DNA from: a virus
IMG/VR virus record: IMGVR_UViG_3300020457_000004
Location: 1-64,000 of that record
Strand: one strand, 5' to 3'
DNA length: 64,000 nt
A program made the position numbers and the translations under genes. This document shows positions 9,173 to 18,410 of this stretch, piece after piece (the stretch's first letter is position 1; every line of letters starts with the position of its first letter). The notes beneath the pieces are model-generated. The model did no database searches. It had not been told where the DNA came from and saw only the letters and a program-made list of their open reading frames with translations.

Positions 9173-9760
9173 TTATCCTCTTAAAAATTGTGAAAAAGTG
9201 TGATGTGTATTTTCTTTTAACTCCATTCCCTTTTTCACATCTTTGAATAAAGCTTGAGACCCACTATAACCAGCAGGCAACCCTCTTTTGAATGAGTTAA
9301 AATCGTTATTTTTTGCAAATAGTCTCATTTTACTAGCACTTATACCTGTTACGCCTTCCGCGTCTGGGTCTCTTTGTCCAGCAGATATTACATCTATTTG
9401 GTCAAACTTGAAATCTTTTCCGTTGTATCTATCCAGTATTCTCTGGAACTCTTGAACCCTATCTGAACCAGCAACCATAATAACCTTGTCGTACTTCCCT
9501 GTAATCAATCCTAGTTGTTTTATAAAGTTTGGATTAACTCTATCAGATGCTTTAAATTTAGTTTGCGGAAACATCTTTTTAAGATGGGCAACTTTTTTCT
9601 GTGGGGTCAATGGATTCTTATGTTTATCTTGACTATGACTAACTACAATAAGATGGTCTGCCCTTTCTCTTTGAGCAAGTTGTTTTACCTTCTGGACAAG
9701 TTTTCCATGCCCAGCTGTGGGTGGATTCATCCTACCAAATGCATATACTAATGTTTTCAT
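9173..9760 (-). CDS. HIGH-family nucleotidyltransferase (phage cytidyltransferase-like)
   Basis: FGRMNPPTAGH (TxGH), MVAGSDR, RDPDAEGVTGISASKMR. Confidence 0.8.
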   Translation of the reverse strand: MKTLVYAFGRMNPPTAGHGKLVQKVKQLAQRERADHLIVVSHSQDKHKNPLTPQKKVAHLKKMFPQTKFKASDRVNPNFIKQLGLITGKYDKVIMVAGSDRVQEFQRILDRYNGKDFKFDQIDVISAGQRDPDAEGVTGISASKMRLFAKNNDFNSFKRGLPAGYSGSQALFKDVKKGMELKENTHHTFSQFLRG

Positions 9761-11010
9761 CTATCCCACGCCTTAATTGCTGTAAAGTTATTATAACTGA
9801 ATTCCATTCTATCTACTAGTTTAACAGCGTTACCCGAAACTCTATCTATGGCAACATATCCCTCTGGATTTGTAACCTTGAATCCCTGTTTGGTTCTAAC
9901 AAAAGTATCCATTAACTGTTTTACTCTATTTAATTTACCAACAATTATCATCTTCGCCTCTACCATAGAGTTCTGGAAATTGATAACATTGGTAAGAAGA
10001 GCAGTATACTGACTTAGTTCTCTTAGGGTTTCTGTTTTTCTTTTCTCTAGTTGACTCTTAGATTTCTCTGTCTTTAACTTATTTATCTCCGAATCAAATT
10101 TGTCTTCTACCCATTTCGCGTATCCAGAAACATGTCCAGATACATTAGATATCTTCGCACCCACTTTTACTTTTGAATTATTGTAGGTTTTGATATTGGC
10201 GCCAACCATTTTACCAGTAAACCCATTTTGGAATTTTAAGAATCTGCCTAATTGTGCTGAATTTATTTGTTTGAATATTCTACCACATTGCGATAGTTTT
10301 GTAGTCACGGCAGCTGTTTCTGTTTTTGTAAATGTAGAAGTACCACTAGTATCTCTATAACTAGCATCGTCCATCCATACATTTTTTGACTTTCTGAGAC
10401 CACTAATGTTTACACCAAATGATGCCTTCATACTTTCCAATGTGTTACCTGTATATGAAGTATGCCATACCACACCGATTTTAGCCGCTTTAATTTTCTG
10501 TTCCAGTTCTGACATTTTGGGAACAGCATAGACTATGGTATTTGGTTGGAATGTGGTGAATCTTTCACCATTAATGGTCTCGGATTCAAGTGAACCAGAA
10601 GTGAACATTAAGTCACCCTGTAATACACCCTTGATTCCGAGTTTGCTGAATTCTTGTAATGCGATTGTAAAGGCGGGTTTTAGTGCTTGTGGTAATTTAC
10701 TATCTTTGTTTATCTCTTGCGTGGACTTATATAATAGTGGTGTTTTATTGAATACACCCTTTTTAGCAACAAAGAATTTACCATCGCTGGGGTCTGTACC
10801 AGCAAATATAGCGGGAGCACCATCCCACTTGACTGTCATGTTTACAGATGAACGAGAACTTCCCGACAGCATATCTCTTAATGACTGTAGGAAATTAATT
10901 GCACCACGAGCACCACCTATCCCGAAATTAAGAATTTCGTCTTCTAGGTGTTCAAGATGAAGGTTCTTGCCTTGTGCATCTTCGTTTAGATATGATAAAA
11001 ATCCGACCAT
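9757..11010 (-). CDS. Conserved marine T4-like protein (DUF6267-type) with ligase-superfamily motifs
   Basis: KNLHLEHLED start; TVKWDG, LQGDLMF, EGYV and VKLVDR resemble ligase motifs I, III, IV and V. Confidence 0.65.
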   Translation of the reverse strand: MVGFLSYLNEDAQGKNLHLEHLEDEILNFGIGGARGAINFLQSLRDMLSGSSRSSVNMTVKWDGAPAIFAGTDPSDGKFFVAKKGVFNKTPLLYKSTQEINKDSKLPQALKPAFTIALQEFSKLGIKGVLQGDLMFTSGSLESETINGERFTTFQPNTIVYAVPKMSELEQKIKAAKIGVVWHTSYTGNTLESMKASFGVNISGLRKSKNVWMDDASYRDTSGTSTFTKTETAAVTTKLSQCGRIFKQINSAQLGRFLKFQNGFTGKMVGANIKTYNNSKVKVGAKISNVSGHVSGYAKWVEDKFDSEINKLKTEKSKSQLEKRKTETLRELSQYTALLTNVINFQNSMVEAKMIIVGKLNRVKQLMDTFVRTKQGFKVTNPEGYVAIDRVSGNAVKLVDRMEFSYNNFTAIKAWDR

Positions 11011-11044
11011 TAATTACTTCTTCCATAAACATTGTGTTTCTCAC

Positions 11045-11052
11045 TATTTATA
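11045..11052 (-). promoter_or_regulatory. T4-type late promoter TATAAATA
   Basis: Exact consensus upstream of 11010. Confidence 0.8.
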
Positions 11053-11061
11053 AAAAACCAG

Positions 11062-11535
11062 CTAGGCGTTTTCTGGCTCGGATTTATTTTTATCGCTTTT
11101 TGCTTTAGAAAGGCCTTTAGGTTTTTTGAGGGCCCTTAACTCAGCACGAACTGTTTTGAGTTCTTCCTTGACTTTTAATTTTTCTTTTATCTCGTGGTCT
11201 AGGCCAATCTTTTTTTCTTCATAGTTCTTTAAAAGTATCTGTACATTAGCATTCGCTTTAACCAACTGGTCACGCAAGGCGACTCTTGCCGCTTCAGCAA
11301 CTGCAAAGTTTCTTTCTAGTAGTTTCATTTGAGCAAAGACTTTCCATTTTTCAATGTAATCTAACTCTAATGCGTGGGATAATGCTTTGACTGTTTCAGC
11401 ATCGATATCTTCATCATATAAGTTATCAAATTCATCCATTAATTTTGGATTTACAACTTGCTCTTTTAAGTTTAATTCTTCGGGTGGTTTAACTACGAAT
11501 TCCGCACCGTCAAGAATCTTTTTTATTTCCGTCAT
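11062..11535 (-). CDS. Hypothetical coiled-coil protein
   Basis: 157 aa; GAGG SD. Confidence 0.55.
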   Translation of the reverse strand: MTEIKKILDGAEFVVKPPEELNLKEQVVNPKLMDEFDNLYDEDIDAETVKALSHALELDYIEKWKVFAQMKLLERNFAVAEAARVALRDQLVKANANVQILLKNYEEKKIGLDHEIKEKLKVKEELKTVRAELRALKKPKGLSKAKSDKNKSEPENA

Positions 11536-11551
11536 AATTTACCTCATAATT

Positions 11552-11574
11552 AAAAAAGGGGACTCATCGTCCCC
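11552..11574 (-). terminator. Intrinsic terminator
   Basis: GGGGAC-GATGA-GTCCCC followed by T6 on minus strand. Confidence 0.75.
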
Positions 11575-11576
11575 AT

Positions 11577-11584
11577 TATTTATA
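11577..11584 (-). promoter_or_regulatory. T4-type late promoter TATAAATA
   Basis: Exact consensus abutting the terminator hairpin. Confidence 0.6.
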
Positions 11585-11598
11585 CAACTTTTATGTAA

Positions 11599-12483
11599 CT
11601 ATTCGCAATTGAATACTCCATTGCCGTCATTATTACATGTAATAGGGGTTCCTAAATCAGTTCCAAATTGCTTGATTGTTGCGTTAAAATCTGCAAGAAT
11701 CTGAGCAAAGTTAGTATCACTACCAGCAGTATAAGTTAACCAATCTTCATTGGTTTCATGAATACTTACCATACCTTGAATACCTAAAGTTTCAGCTGCA
11801 TCAACACCATACTGACCCATAGTGAGTATATTATTCATGCCAACTGTAGAAACAGTACCAACGGTAGTTAATCCTGTGGTAGCAATACTATCAACTGTAG
11901 TAAAACCAGTTGTAGCAATACTATCAGCAGTATCTAACCCAGCGAGACCAAGTGTAACAGTTTGGTTACCAGCGGTATTCAATGCACCAAATCCAGCGAG
12001 AGCAACATCAACTGTTGCCTGTCCACCAGCAGCTGCAACATCAGCCCATTGTCCACCCATGTTACTAATCATGGTTTGTTGACCTAATTGGATATCCGCG
12101 TTTGCCTGCATGGAAGCCATTTGAACTTCAGCAGCCTTGTTAGCAGCGTTCTTAGCAACATTTGCTTGAACAATACCCAACCCCAGAGTTCCGATAGTTG
12201 GTGTCAAAACTTGCGCCCATTTAAGAGCAGAAGATTCGACATATTGCGGAACTATTGTGTCTTCATTTGATAGTGCGATTGCCATAACAGCTGCGGATGC
12301 AGCCTGACCATCACCACTAGATGCGACTTGAGCGAGAGCTCGATATCGTGCTTCAGACACTTTCGCTTTCGCTTCTGCTGCCCTTTGCACGGCTTCATAG
12401 TAATTACCACCAGAGGCTGAAGCACACCCTACATTTACTACTGAAATCAAAAAGATTGCAGTAATCATTTTATACCATTTCAT
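11599..12483 (-). CDS. Putative lipoprotein with 11-residue repeats
   Basis: Start MKWYK at 12483 follows AGAGGA; signal ending VNVGC; GxxTxDSIATT repeats. Confidence 0.6.
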   Translation of the reverse strand: MKWYKMITAIFLISVVNVGCASASGGNYYEAVQRAAEAKAKVSEARYRALAQVASSGDGQAASAAVMAIALSNEDTIVPQYVESSALKWAQVLTPTIGTLGLGIVQANVAKNAANKAAEVQMASMQANADIQLGQQTMISNMGGQWADVAAAGGQATVDVALAGFGALNTAGNQTVTLGLAGLDTADSIATTGFTTVDSIATTGLTTVGTVSTVGMNNILTMGQYGVDAAETLGIQGMVSIHETNEDWLTYTAGSDTNFAQILADFNATIKQFGTDLGTPITCNNDGNGVFNCE

Positions 12484-12579
12484 AACAATGTCCTCTTTTC
12501 GGTTATGAATTGAGCGTGTCATATTGACACTTACATATTTATGTTGAAATAGCAATGCGTAGAGTGGTAATATTCACAA

Positions 12580-12900
12580 TTAGGAACCGTCTGTGATAGA
12601 ACCTAATTTCTTTTTGACTCGTTTCATACTGTCACGGACAGCGACAGACTTCTTGTCCTTCTTTCCATAGTCATCGGCAAGTTTAGATGTTGGATTAGCA
12701 TCAGCAATTTTAGATAAGACATCCTTGAATCCACCATCGGGTTTCACCCTGTCACCAACCCCACCAAAATTTAAAGCTGGTGCGGATGGTACTTGTCTGA
12801 AATGAGGATTCTTTTCCATCATCTTTTCTTTGGCATCTATCTTCATCATGACTTCAAAGATTTCGCCTGTTTCTGTATTTTCTATTTCGTAAATTGGCAC
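12580..12900 (-). CDS. FmdB-like small protein (Cys-less phage variant)
   Basis: MPIYEIENTETGEIFE start; KPDGGFKDVL motif. Confidence 0.6.
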   Translation of the reverse strand: MPIYEIENTETGEIFEVMMKIDAKEKMMEKNPHFRQVPSAPALNFGGVGDRVKPDGGFKDVLSKIADANPTSKLADDYGKKDKKSVAVRDSMKRVKKKLGSITDGS

Positions 12901-13271
12901 TAAAAACCTCCTCTATAATGGGTCAATAAACCTATGAGAAGAAGTGCGGTACTGATAACATTCATGATGATAATCGCTCTATCTTTCCATAGTATTCCAA
13001 CATATGTCCAACCAATCATACCAACAAACCCAAACCACATATCATATATGCGTGGATAATCTGCAGCTCTAATTGTAAGTGCTATTAGTATTAATATAGA
13101 TGAAAACCATTTAATATACCAACTAAGGTCATATTTTGGTGTAGCAGATTTAAATATGCGATTAGAGTTTTCAAGTTCTTCAGGCGCAAACTTGGGATTC
13201 GTCAACTCATCCTCCTCTTTCTGTTCTCCTAGAAAAAGTTCTAGTTGTCTATATTCTCGTTCATCACTCAT
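12900..13271 (-). CDS. Small membrane protein
   Basis: Three hydrophobic segments; WYIKW and WKDRA motifs. Confidence 0.6.
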   Translation of the reverse strand: MSDEREYRQLELFLGEQKEEDELTNPKFAPEELENSNRIFKSATPKYDLSWYIKWFSSILILIALTIRAADYPRIYDMWFGFVGMIGWTYVGILWKDRAIIIMNVISTALLLIGLLTHYRGGF

Positions 13272-13488
13272 CTTTGGGCATATATAATTGTTGTTCTACT
13301 TTGGGCATACCAAGAACTTCTCTTGCACAGTCCCTTACTTCTGCTGTGACCGCGAAGCCAAATCCTTCTGGGTCTAACAATCTATATATGAACTTATAGG
13401 CATCCAATATGTTTTGAGCCATAGGTTCTTTATCATCCGACCAACTACTTATCTCTTCTGAAATTTCTTTCAGTATTGTATCACTCAT
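13264..13488 (-). CDS. Hypothetical protein
   Basis: 74 aa; LLDPEGFGFAVTAEVRD motif. Confidence 0.55.
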   Translation of the reverse strand: MSDTILKEISEEISSWSDDKEPMAQNILDAYKFIYRLLDPEGFGFAVTAEVRDCAREVLGMPKVEQQLYMPKDE

Positions 13489-13505
13489 AAATTCATCCTG
13501 TATAT

Positions 13506-13536
13506 AAAAAAGTTGAGGGGCGTTTTCATTCCCCTC
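13506..13536 (-). terminator. Intrinsic terminator within structured intergenic region
   Basis: GAGGGG...CCCCTC stem followed by AAC-T6. Confidence 0.6.
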
Positions 13537-13596
13537 GCGGATGTTCGGTCATCAACCTATACAGACTTTAGCAGGCATCCTGTATTCGCCTTAAAA

Positions 13597-14004
13597 CTAT
13601 GAAGCGTTTTTAAGTTTTTCCTCTTCCCACTCCAAGTCATCAAGTTCATACTCAAAATCATCTTTCTTATTTTCAGCATCCCTTTTCATGTCTTCAAATG
13701 GTTCTACCAAATTGTACATGGCAGATTCCAGATTGTTAACTGCCTCACGAACTTCGTTGATTTTCCATTCAAGGTCTTTTTTCAGTTCTTGACTTTTTTC
13801 AAGACTCAACTTCAGTCCCAAGTCATCGGCAATCCCTTCAACAGTAAGATAAATGTTACTAGGAACATCATTGTACTTGATAACTTTTGTTTCTTCATTC
13901 ACCTTGCGAACAGCAGAATCAATATTATCTACAATCTCTTCCCATTTATTTATCTGGGTTTTAAGGAAACCTTTTTCAGCAATTATATCACCAATCATTC
14001 TCAT
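13597..14004 (-). CDS. Hypothetical acidic coiled-coil early protein
   Basis: 135 aa; AGGAG SD. Confidence 0.55.
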   Translation of the reverse strand: MRMIGDIIAEKGFLKTQINKWEEIVDNIDSAVRKVNEETKVIKYNDVPSNIYLTVEGIADDLGLKLSLEKSQELKKDLEWKINEVREAVNNLESAMYNLVEPFEDMKRDAENKKDDFEYELDDLEWEEEKLKNAS

Positions 14005-14008
14005 TCTC

Positions 14009-14371
14009 CTACCGTAAGTACTGAGGGCCAGTCCATCTTACCCAACCAGTTCCTTTGCCTTCCATCATGGCAAACACATTGCCTCTAGGTTTGTTCCTAG
14101 CGGGGGCAGCCCAACCAGCGGGTTTTAAAACATCACCCTTTTGAAATAATTTATCATTGTCACCCTTGACAATGAATCCCCAAACTGAATTGTCTGAAAT
14201 AATCTTGATGTATTTCTGACCTTCTTTGACAACCAGTTTATCAGCGAACTCAGCAATGCGAGCATCTCGCCTCTCTTCTCCGCCAAAATCATTGACTTCA
14301 AAAGAACGAGTAGACCACCTCGCGTAGTCTTCGTTGATTAAGGTTAGTAGGTTTTCGATTTCTTTTTGCAT
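14009..14371 (-). CDS. Conserved hypothetical early protein
   Basis: KYIKI...SVWGFI...GDVLKPAGWAAPARNKPRGNV motif; start set at MQKE after the GA-rich leader. Confidence 0.65.
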   Translation of the reverse strand: MQKEIENLLTLINEDYARWSTRSFEVNDFGGEERRDARIAEFADKLVVKEGQKYIKIISDNSVWGFIVKGDNDKLFQKGDVLKPAGWAAPARNKPRGNVFAMMEGKGTGWVRWTGPQYLR

Positions 14372-14398
14372 ATTTTCTCTCACTTCTCTCATTTATAC

Positions 14399-14483
14399 GA
14401 TCATGATCCCATATTTTGACCCAAATGTCAAGGGCCAAAGCGAAAAAAAGTGAAATTAAATATCCTTCTAAATCAACAACTTA
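14399..14483 (-). promoter_or_regulatory. Early promoter A: IHF-like site, TTGACA-17-GATCAT with extended TG
   Basis: -35 at 14431-14426, -10 at 14408-14403, AATCAACAACTTA at 14471-14483. Confidence 0.7.
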
Positions 14484-14484
14484 C

Positions 14485-14703
14485 CTATAATCTTGCTCTG
14501 GGTGAGTTTAAAAACTGGTTTACCCTGTTTATAGCCTCCCCTTTTTGCATCCTCTGACACTTTTTATGACTGCTGGCACCTATGGTTTCGCAGTATATGA
14601 GAGTATCATCTGTATTGTTCTTGAATGTGGGTGGTGGTTTACCCTGTCCGCTAGCACATCCCGCTAGCAAAATAATCGTTGCGAGACCAACCGCAATTTT
14701 CAC
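14485..14703 (-). CDS. Small lipoprotein
   Basis: Lipobox LAGC; AGGAG SD; GTG start. Confidence 0.6.
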   Translation of the reverse strand: MKIAVGLATIILLAGCASGQGKPPPTFKNNTDDTLIYCETIGASSHKKCQRMQKGEAINRVNQFLNSPRARL

Positions 14704-14730
14704 TAGTTTTATTCTCCTTATATCTAGGGG

Positions 14731-15123
14731 TTATTGTTTACTGAATGCCTTACCAGCTTCTGCAATCCCGAAAGCACCCAATGTGACTACCACAAATGAA
14801 GTGTAGATTGTATCCGATATAGTTATATCTTGTCCCCAAAATCCTGTTACTAGGTCAACAATACCAAACGCAAGCATCATGATAAATGATGCAAATCCTA
14901 TAATGGATTTCTCGTTGATATCGTTCTCGTCCCTAAACAAAGCACCAAATGAAAATTTTGTACTTGGTGTAGCGGCTTTGGTTGTCATCTTCAACTCTTT
15001 TGTGATTTTTTCCATTTCCCTAATCTTGTCTTGAGCTTCGTCAAGTTTCAAAATTAAGTCGGTGTATCTATCTAAATCAACATCTACTTTATTAGTTCCT
15101 GTGTCAATCGTTTCCTTTGCCAT
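14731..15123 (-). CDS. Membrane protein, possible holin
   Basis: Two C-terminal transmembrane segments; directly follows spanin-like pair. Confidence 0.4.
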   Translation of the reverse strand: MAKETIDTGTNKVDVDLDRYTDLILKLDEAQDKIREMEKITKELKMTTKAATPSTKFSFGALFRDENDINEKSIIGFASFIMMLAFGIVDLVTGFWGQDITISDTIYTSFVVVTLGAFGIAEAGKAFSKQ

Positions 15124-15523
15124 CTGATTCTTCTCCTAATGGTTCTTCATCATCTGACATAACAGTTCTATAATACACAATCACTTCTTTAGTTTCTTTC
15201 ACGAATCGTTTAATCTCTTGCAGATTATACGCCATGAGCTCATAGTCTGGAACAGACATGGCCATAAAGACCATCTTTCCAGATTCCTTTTCTATCTTAG
15301 TAAGAAATTCGTCTAAATTTTTATCAGATACGACATACCACTTAGGTTCTTTCATATCGATGGGTCTAGGATACACAGGATGCTGTATAGGTATACGCAC
15401 CTCTACGGTTTTGATTTCTACCTCACGCGGTTGTTTTGGTATTAAAGAACAACCACTAATTATCAGCATCAAACTCAAAACTGGAATCAGTTTCGAGGCT
15501 GTCAAATACTTCTTTTGTTGCAT
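15104..15523 (-). CDS. Putative o-spanin (lipoprotein)
   Basis: Lipobox ISGC then Pro-rich segment; overlaps the i-spanin-like gene; exact start uncertain. Confidence 0.55.
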   Translation of the reverse strand: MQQKKYLTASKLIPVLSLMLIISGCSLIPKQPREVEIKTVEVRIPIQHPVYPRPIDMKEPKWYVVSDKNLDEFLTKIEKESGKMVFMAMSVPDYELMAYNLQEIKRFVKETKEVIVYYRTVMSDDEEPLGEESDGKGND

Positions 15524-15839
15524 TATTCACCCTTGGTTCAATTAGGCCTGGTTTAGCAGCTGCAAGTTTACTAAGGTCATGTCTGCGGAAAATATCAAGG
15601 TATCTTGACATCTCTGCTTCAATAACAGCATTCTTTGAAGTCAACTCACCAAGCGCTTTAGCTTGTGTTTCGTATTGTTTAGACATCTTATCAATGGTTT
15701 CATTTTGTGTAGCAACTTGTAATTCCATTGCCATATTATATTCACGAAGCTCGATGAGTTCTGCCTGAGTATTTGTGTAATACAAGTACCCGACAAGACC
15801 ACCAGCTAAAATGACACCAAATAATACTTTACTAATCAT
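15456..15839 (-). CDS. Putative i-spanin
   Basis: N-terminal TM, coiled coil, AAAKPGLIE motif; late promoter immediately upstream. Confidence 0.6.
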   Translation of the reverse strand: MISKVLFGVILAGGLVGYLYYTNTQAELIELREYNMAMELQVATQNETIDKMSKQYETQAKALGELTSKNAVIEAEMSRYLDIFRRHDLSKLAAAKPGLIEPRVNNATKEVFDSLETDSSFEFDADN

Positions 15840-15844
15840 ATTAC

Positions 15845-15852
15845 TATTTATA
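15845..15852 (-). promoter_or_regulatory. T4-type late promoter TATAAATA
   Basis: Exact consensus overlapping the gp41 stop. Confidence 0.7.
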
Positions 15853-17227
15853 CTTTTATCTGACTCAAGTTCATACGAGAACCAAAATTTCCTTTATCAA
15901 ATACTGGTTGGTCATCTTCCTGTCCAGAGTCTACCAGATTTTGTTGGGCATCTTCTAAATCATATAATCTCATCTTCGCCCTATCAACACCAATCATAAA
16001 TCGTTTGTTTCTTGTAGGGTCACTATATCTGTTCTTCAATTGTTTGACCATCATATGACCTTGTTGTTCTAGTTCTTCTGTACTGATAAGGGCAAACATC
16101 AAATCAGCGGTTGCAGGCAGTCCAAAACTTTCTGAGGTATCTGTCAAATCCACATCACTATTGTTGAATCCACCTCGCGTGGTCTGTGTTGCGGATACTA
16201 TTGGTAGGTCATACTCTACTGCTAGTCCCCTTAGTTCCTCAGCGATTGCCTTGACTATAGTATATGAGTTTGCACCAGCATTGTTTCTTAGTCTTTGACT
16301 TACACAAATATTTAGATAATCGATAAAAATTATGTCTGGATAAAAATTTTGTTTGAGTTTCAACTCTTCAAGAAGTGCTCTAAAATGTCCAGCATGAGCA
16401 GTTGCAGTAGGATACTCTTTAACAATTAATCTACCATCAACTTTGTTTTGAATTTTTTGAATACGGTCTGTGTACATAGACTTGGATAGGTCTCTCAAAT
16501 CTTGCATGGAAACATCCATCATGTTTGCATCGATTCTTTCAGCGATTCTTTCCTCTGCCATTTCTAATGTAATGTACAGAACATTCTTACCTTGGGCAAT
16601 CATAGAAGCACCCACATGACACATGAAAAGAGATTTACCCACACCTGTACCAGCAAGAGCAATATTAAGTGTCTTGTTTATCAATCCACCTTCAGTAATC
16701 TTGTTGAAATATTCTAAATCAAATGGTAATTTTTCTTCGTGTCTGTGATAAAAATCAAATCGTGCTTCCGCATCACCAACATAATCGTGACCAATGTTAT
16801 TATCAAACCCAACACTAAGAGCATCGGATAATATAGAAGGCAGAGCATCTACTGAATGGGTTTTATCCTGTCCATCGATAATCTGAATAGATTGCATGAT
16901 AGCATTGTAAACTGCCTTGTCCTTACAGAATTTTTCTGTTTGGTCAATCAACCATCTTTCATCTTCATTGGTCGGACTGAGACTATTGATAAGTTCTTCA
17001 CACTTACCATAAAGGTCTTCAGTAATTTTTCTATTATCTTGTAGTGCGATTTTGATTGCACTTTTTTGTGGTGGAGAATTGTATGCGGTAACATAATCAC
17101 GCACACACTTAAATACCTCACGATACTCTGCATCTAAAAAATAAGATGCTTTTATATGTGCAATTGATTGTCTGACATAATCTTCGTTATGTATCAGATT
17201 CGATAGTATTGTCTGTTCTAATCTCAT
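15848..17227 (-). CDS. 41: Replicative DNA helicase gp41
   Basis: AGTGVGKS, YITLEMAEERI, IDYLNI, SATQTTR, SESFGLPATAD. Confidence 0.97.
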   Translation of the reverse strand: MRLEQTILSNLIHNEDYVRQSIAHIKASYFLDAEYREVFKCVRDYVTAYNSPPQKSAIKIALQDNRKITEDLYGKCEELINSLSPTNEDERWLIDQTEKFCKDKAVYNAIMQSIQIIDGQDKTHSVDALPSILSDALSVGFDNNIGHDYVGDAEARFDFYHRHEEKLPFDLEYFNKITEGGLINKTLNIALAGTGVGKSLFMCHVGASMIAQGKNVLYITLEMAEERIAERIDANMMDVSMQDLRDLSKSMYTDRIQKIQNKVDGRLIVKEYPTATAHAGHFRALLEELKLKQNFYPDIIFIDYLNICVSQRLRNNAGANSYTIVKAIAEELRGLAVEYDLPIVSATQTTRGGFNNSDVDLTDTSESFGLPATADLMFALISTEELEQQGHMMVKQLKNRYSDPTRNKRFMIGVDRAKMRLYDLEDAQQNLVDSGQEDDQPVFDKGNFGSRMNLSQIKV

Positions 17228-17363
17228 TATAAAAATCTTCCTTCACAATTTCGACACACTCCTCACAGAGATATGCTTCTCCAGAGTCATGTCGAAAACA
17301 AATACAAGCATCGTTCTCTAAGTCAATGCTCTTTTCACACCTATCACACTTCGGAGTAGGCAT
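17187..17363 (-). CDS. Small zinc-finger protein
   Basis: CDRC...CEEC; bridges uvsX and gp41. Confidence 0.5.
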   Translation of the reverse strand: MPTPKCDRCEKSIDLENDACICFRHDSGEAYLCEECVEIVKEDFYNEIRTDNTIESDT

Positions 17364-18408
17364 CCTTAATATCCTCTTCACTAACTTCTGACTGCATGAT
17401 ACTGTCAGCAGACATTAAGTATCTGTCTTCAATCCACTTGATGAAAGTTTTGTCACTAAGGATTGGAATCCAGAATTCTTTGTTGTATGTATCTTTAATT
17501 CTGACCTTCTTTGCATCATCGTCACCAGATTTCGCATACCATCCATTTGAAGGTTTGACCACATGACCAGACTCAAGAGCCATATCAAGGAGACCAGACC
17601 ACTTGCTGATGCCACCTTCCCAAGTGACCTCGATGGGTATCCGTGACTTCTCGCGTACAAATCTTGACTTCTCGACATTAATAATAAAGTTGTATCCTAC
17701 AACTTCCTTCCCTTCTTTTTCTTGTTGTCTACCAATGATAAAGATATTGTCAGCACTATAATATACACCAGTTCCCCCAGACACTACATCTTTGGGAAAC
17801 AAGCCGATTTCTTTATAAGTGTGGTTTACAACCACCGCTGGAATATCTTTGATTGTTAGGTGAGGAGTCACCATACGAAACAGGGATTTCATTTGTTTTG
17901 CACGAGTCATATCGGCAACCGATTTACCATCAAGCGCATCATCAACTTCTTTACGCGAGGCAAGGTTACCTACTGAGTCCACAATAATAATTACTCGGTC
18001 ACCTCTTTCGATACCTTGGAGTTGGGACATCACATCGTGCTTGAGTTGTTCTATGTCTGTGACAGGCGTGTGAACAACCCTATCTGTATCTATGCCGAAA
18101 CTGTCGAAATATCCTTGAGGAGCGCCGAACTCTGAGTCATAAAATAACACCACTCCATCATCATATTTATCCAAATAAGATTTTGACAATAACATGGCAA
18201 AAGCAGTCTTGAAATGTTTGGATGGGCCAGCAAAAACTGTTAGACCTGTACTCAATCCACCATCCAACTTACCACTCAATGCCACATTCAAGGCGGGTAC
18301 AGTTGTCTGAACCACATCTTTGTTGTTCAGAAATTTACTCTTGGATAAAACTTCAGTTTGTTTTATCGTTGAGTTCTTTTTTAATTTATCTAATGTACTC
18401 ATATTCAC
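17344..18408 (-). CDS. uvsX: RecA-like recombinase UvsX
   Basis: AGPSKHFKT, FYDSEFG, DSVGNLAS, DMTRAK. Confidence 0.97.
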   Translation of the reverse strand: MNMSTLDKLKKNSTIKQTEVLSKSKFLNNKDVVQTTVPALNVALSGKLDGGLSTGLTVFAGPSKHFKTAFAMLLSKSYLDKYDDGVVLFYDSEFGAPQGYFDSFGIDTDRVVHTPVTDIEQLKHDVMSQLQGIERGDRVIIIVDSVGNLASRKEVDDALDGKSVADMTRAKQMKSLFRMVTPHLTIKDIPAVVVNHTYKEIGLFPKDVVSGGTGVYYSADNIFIIGRQQEKEGKEVVGYNFIINVEKSRFVREKSRIPIEVTWEGGISKWSGLLDMALESGHVVKPSNGWYAKSGDDDAKKVRIKDTYNKEFWIPILSDKTFIKWIEDRYLMSADSIMQSEVSEEDIKDAYSEV

Positions 18409-18410
18409 TC

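Noticed and set aside
13537-13596. UGAUGA and GAAA resembling a hammerhead ribozyme or fluoride riboswitch
   Set aside because: The required stems and order are absent; the fluoride-like pieces lie on opposite strands.
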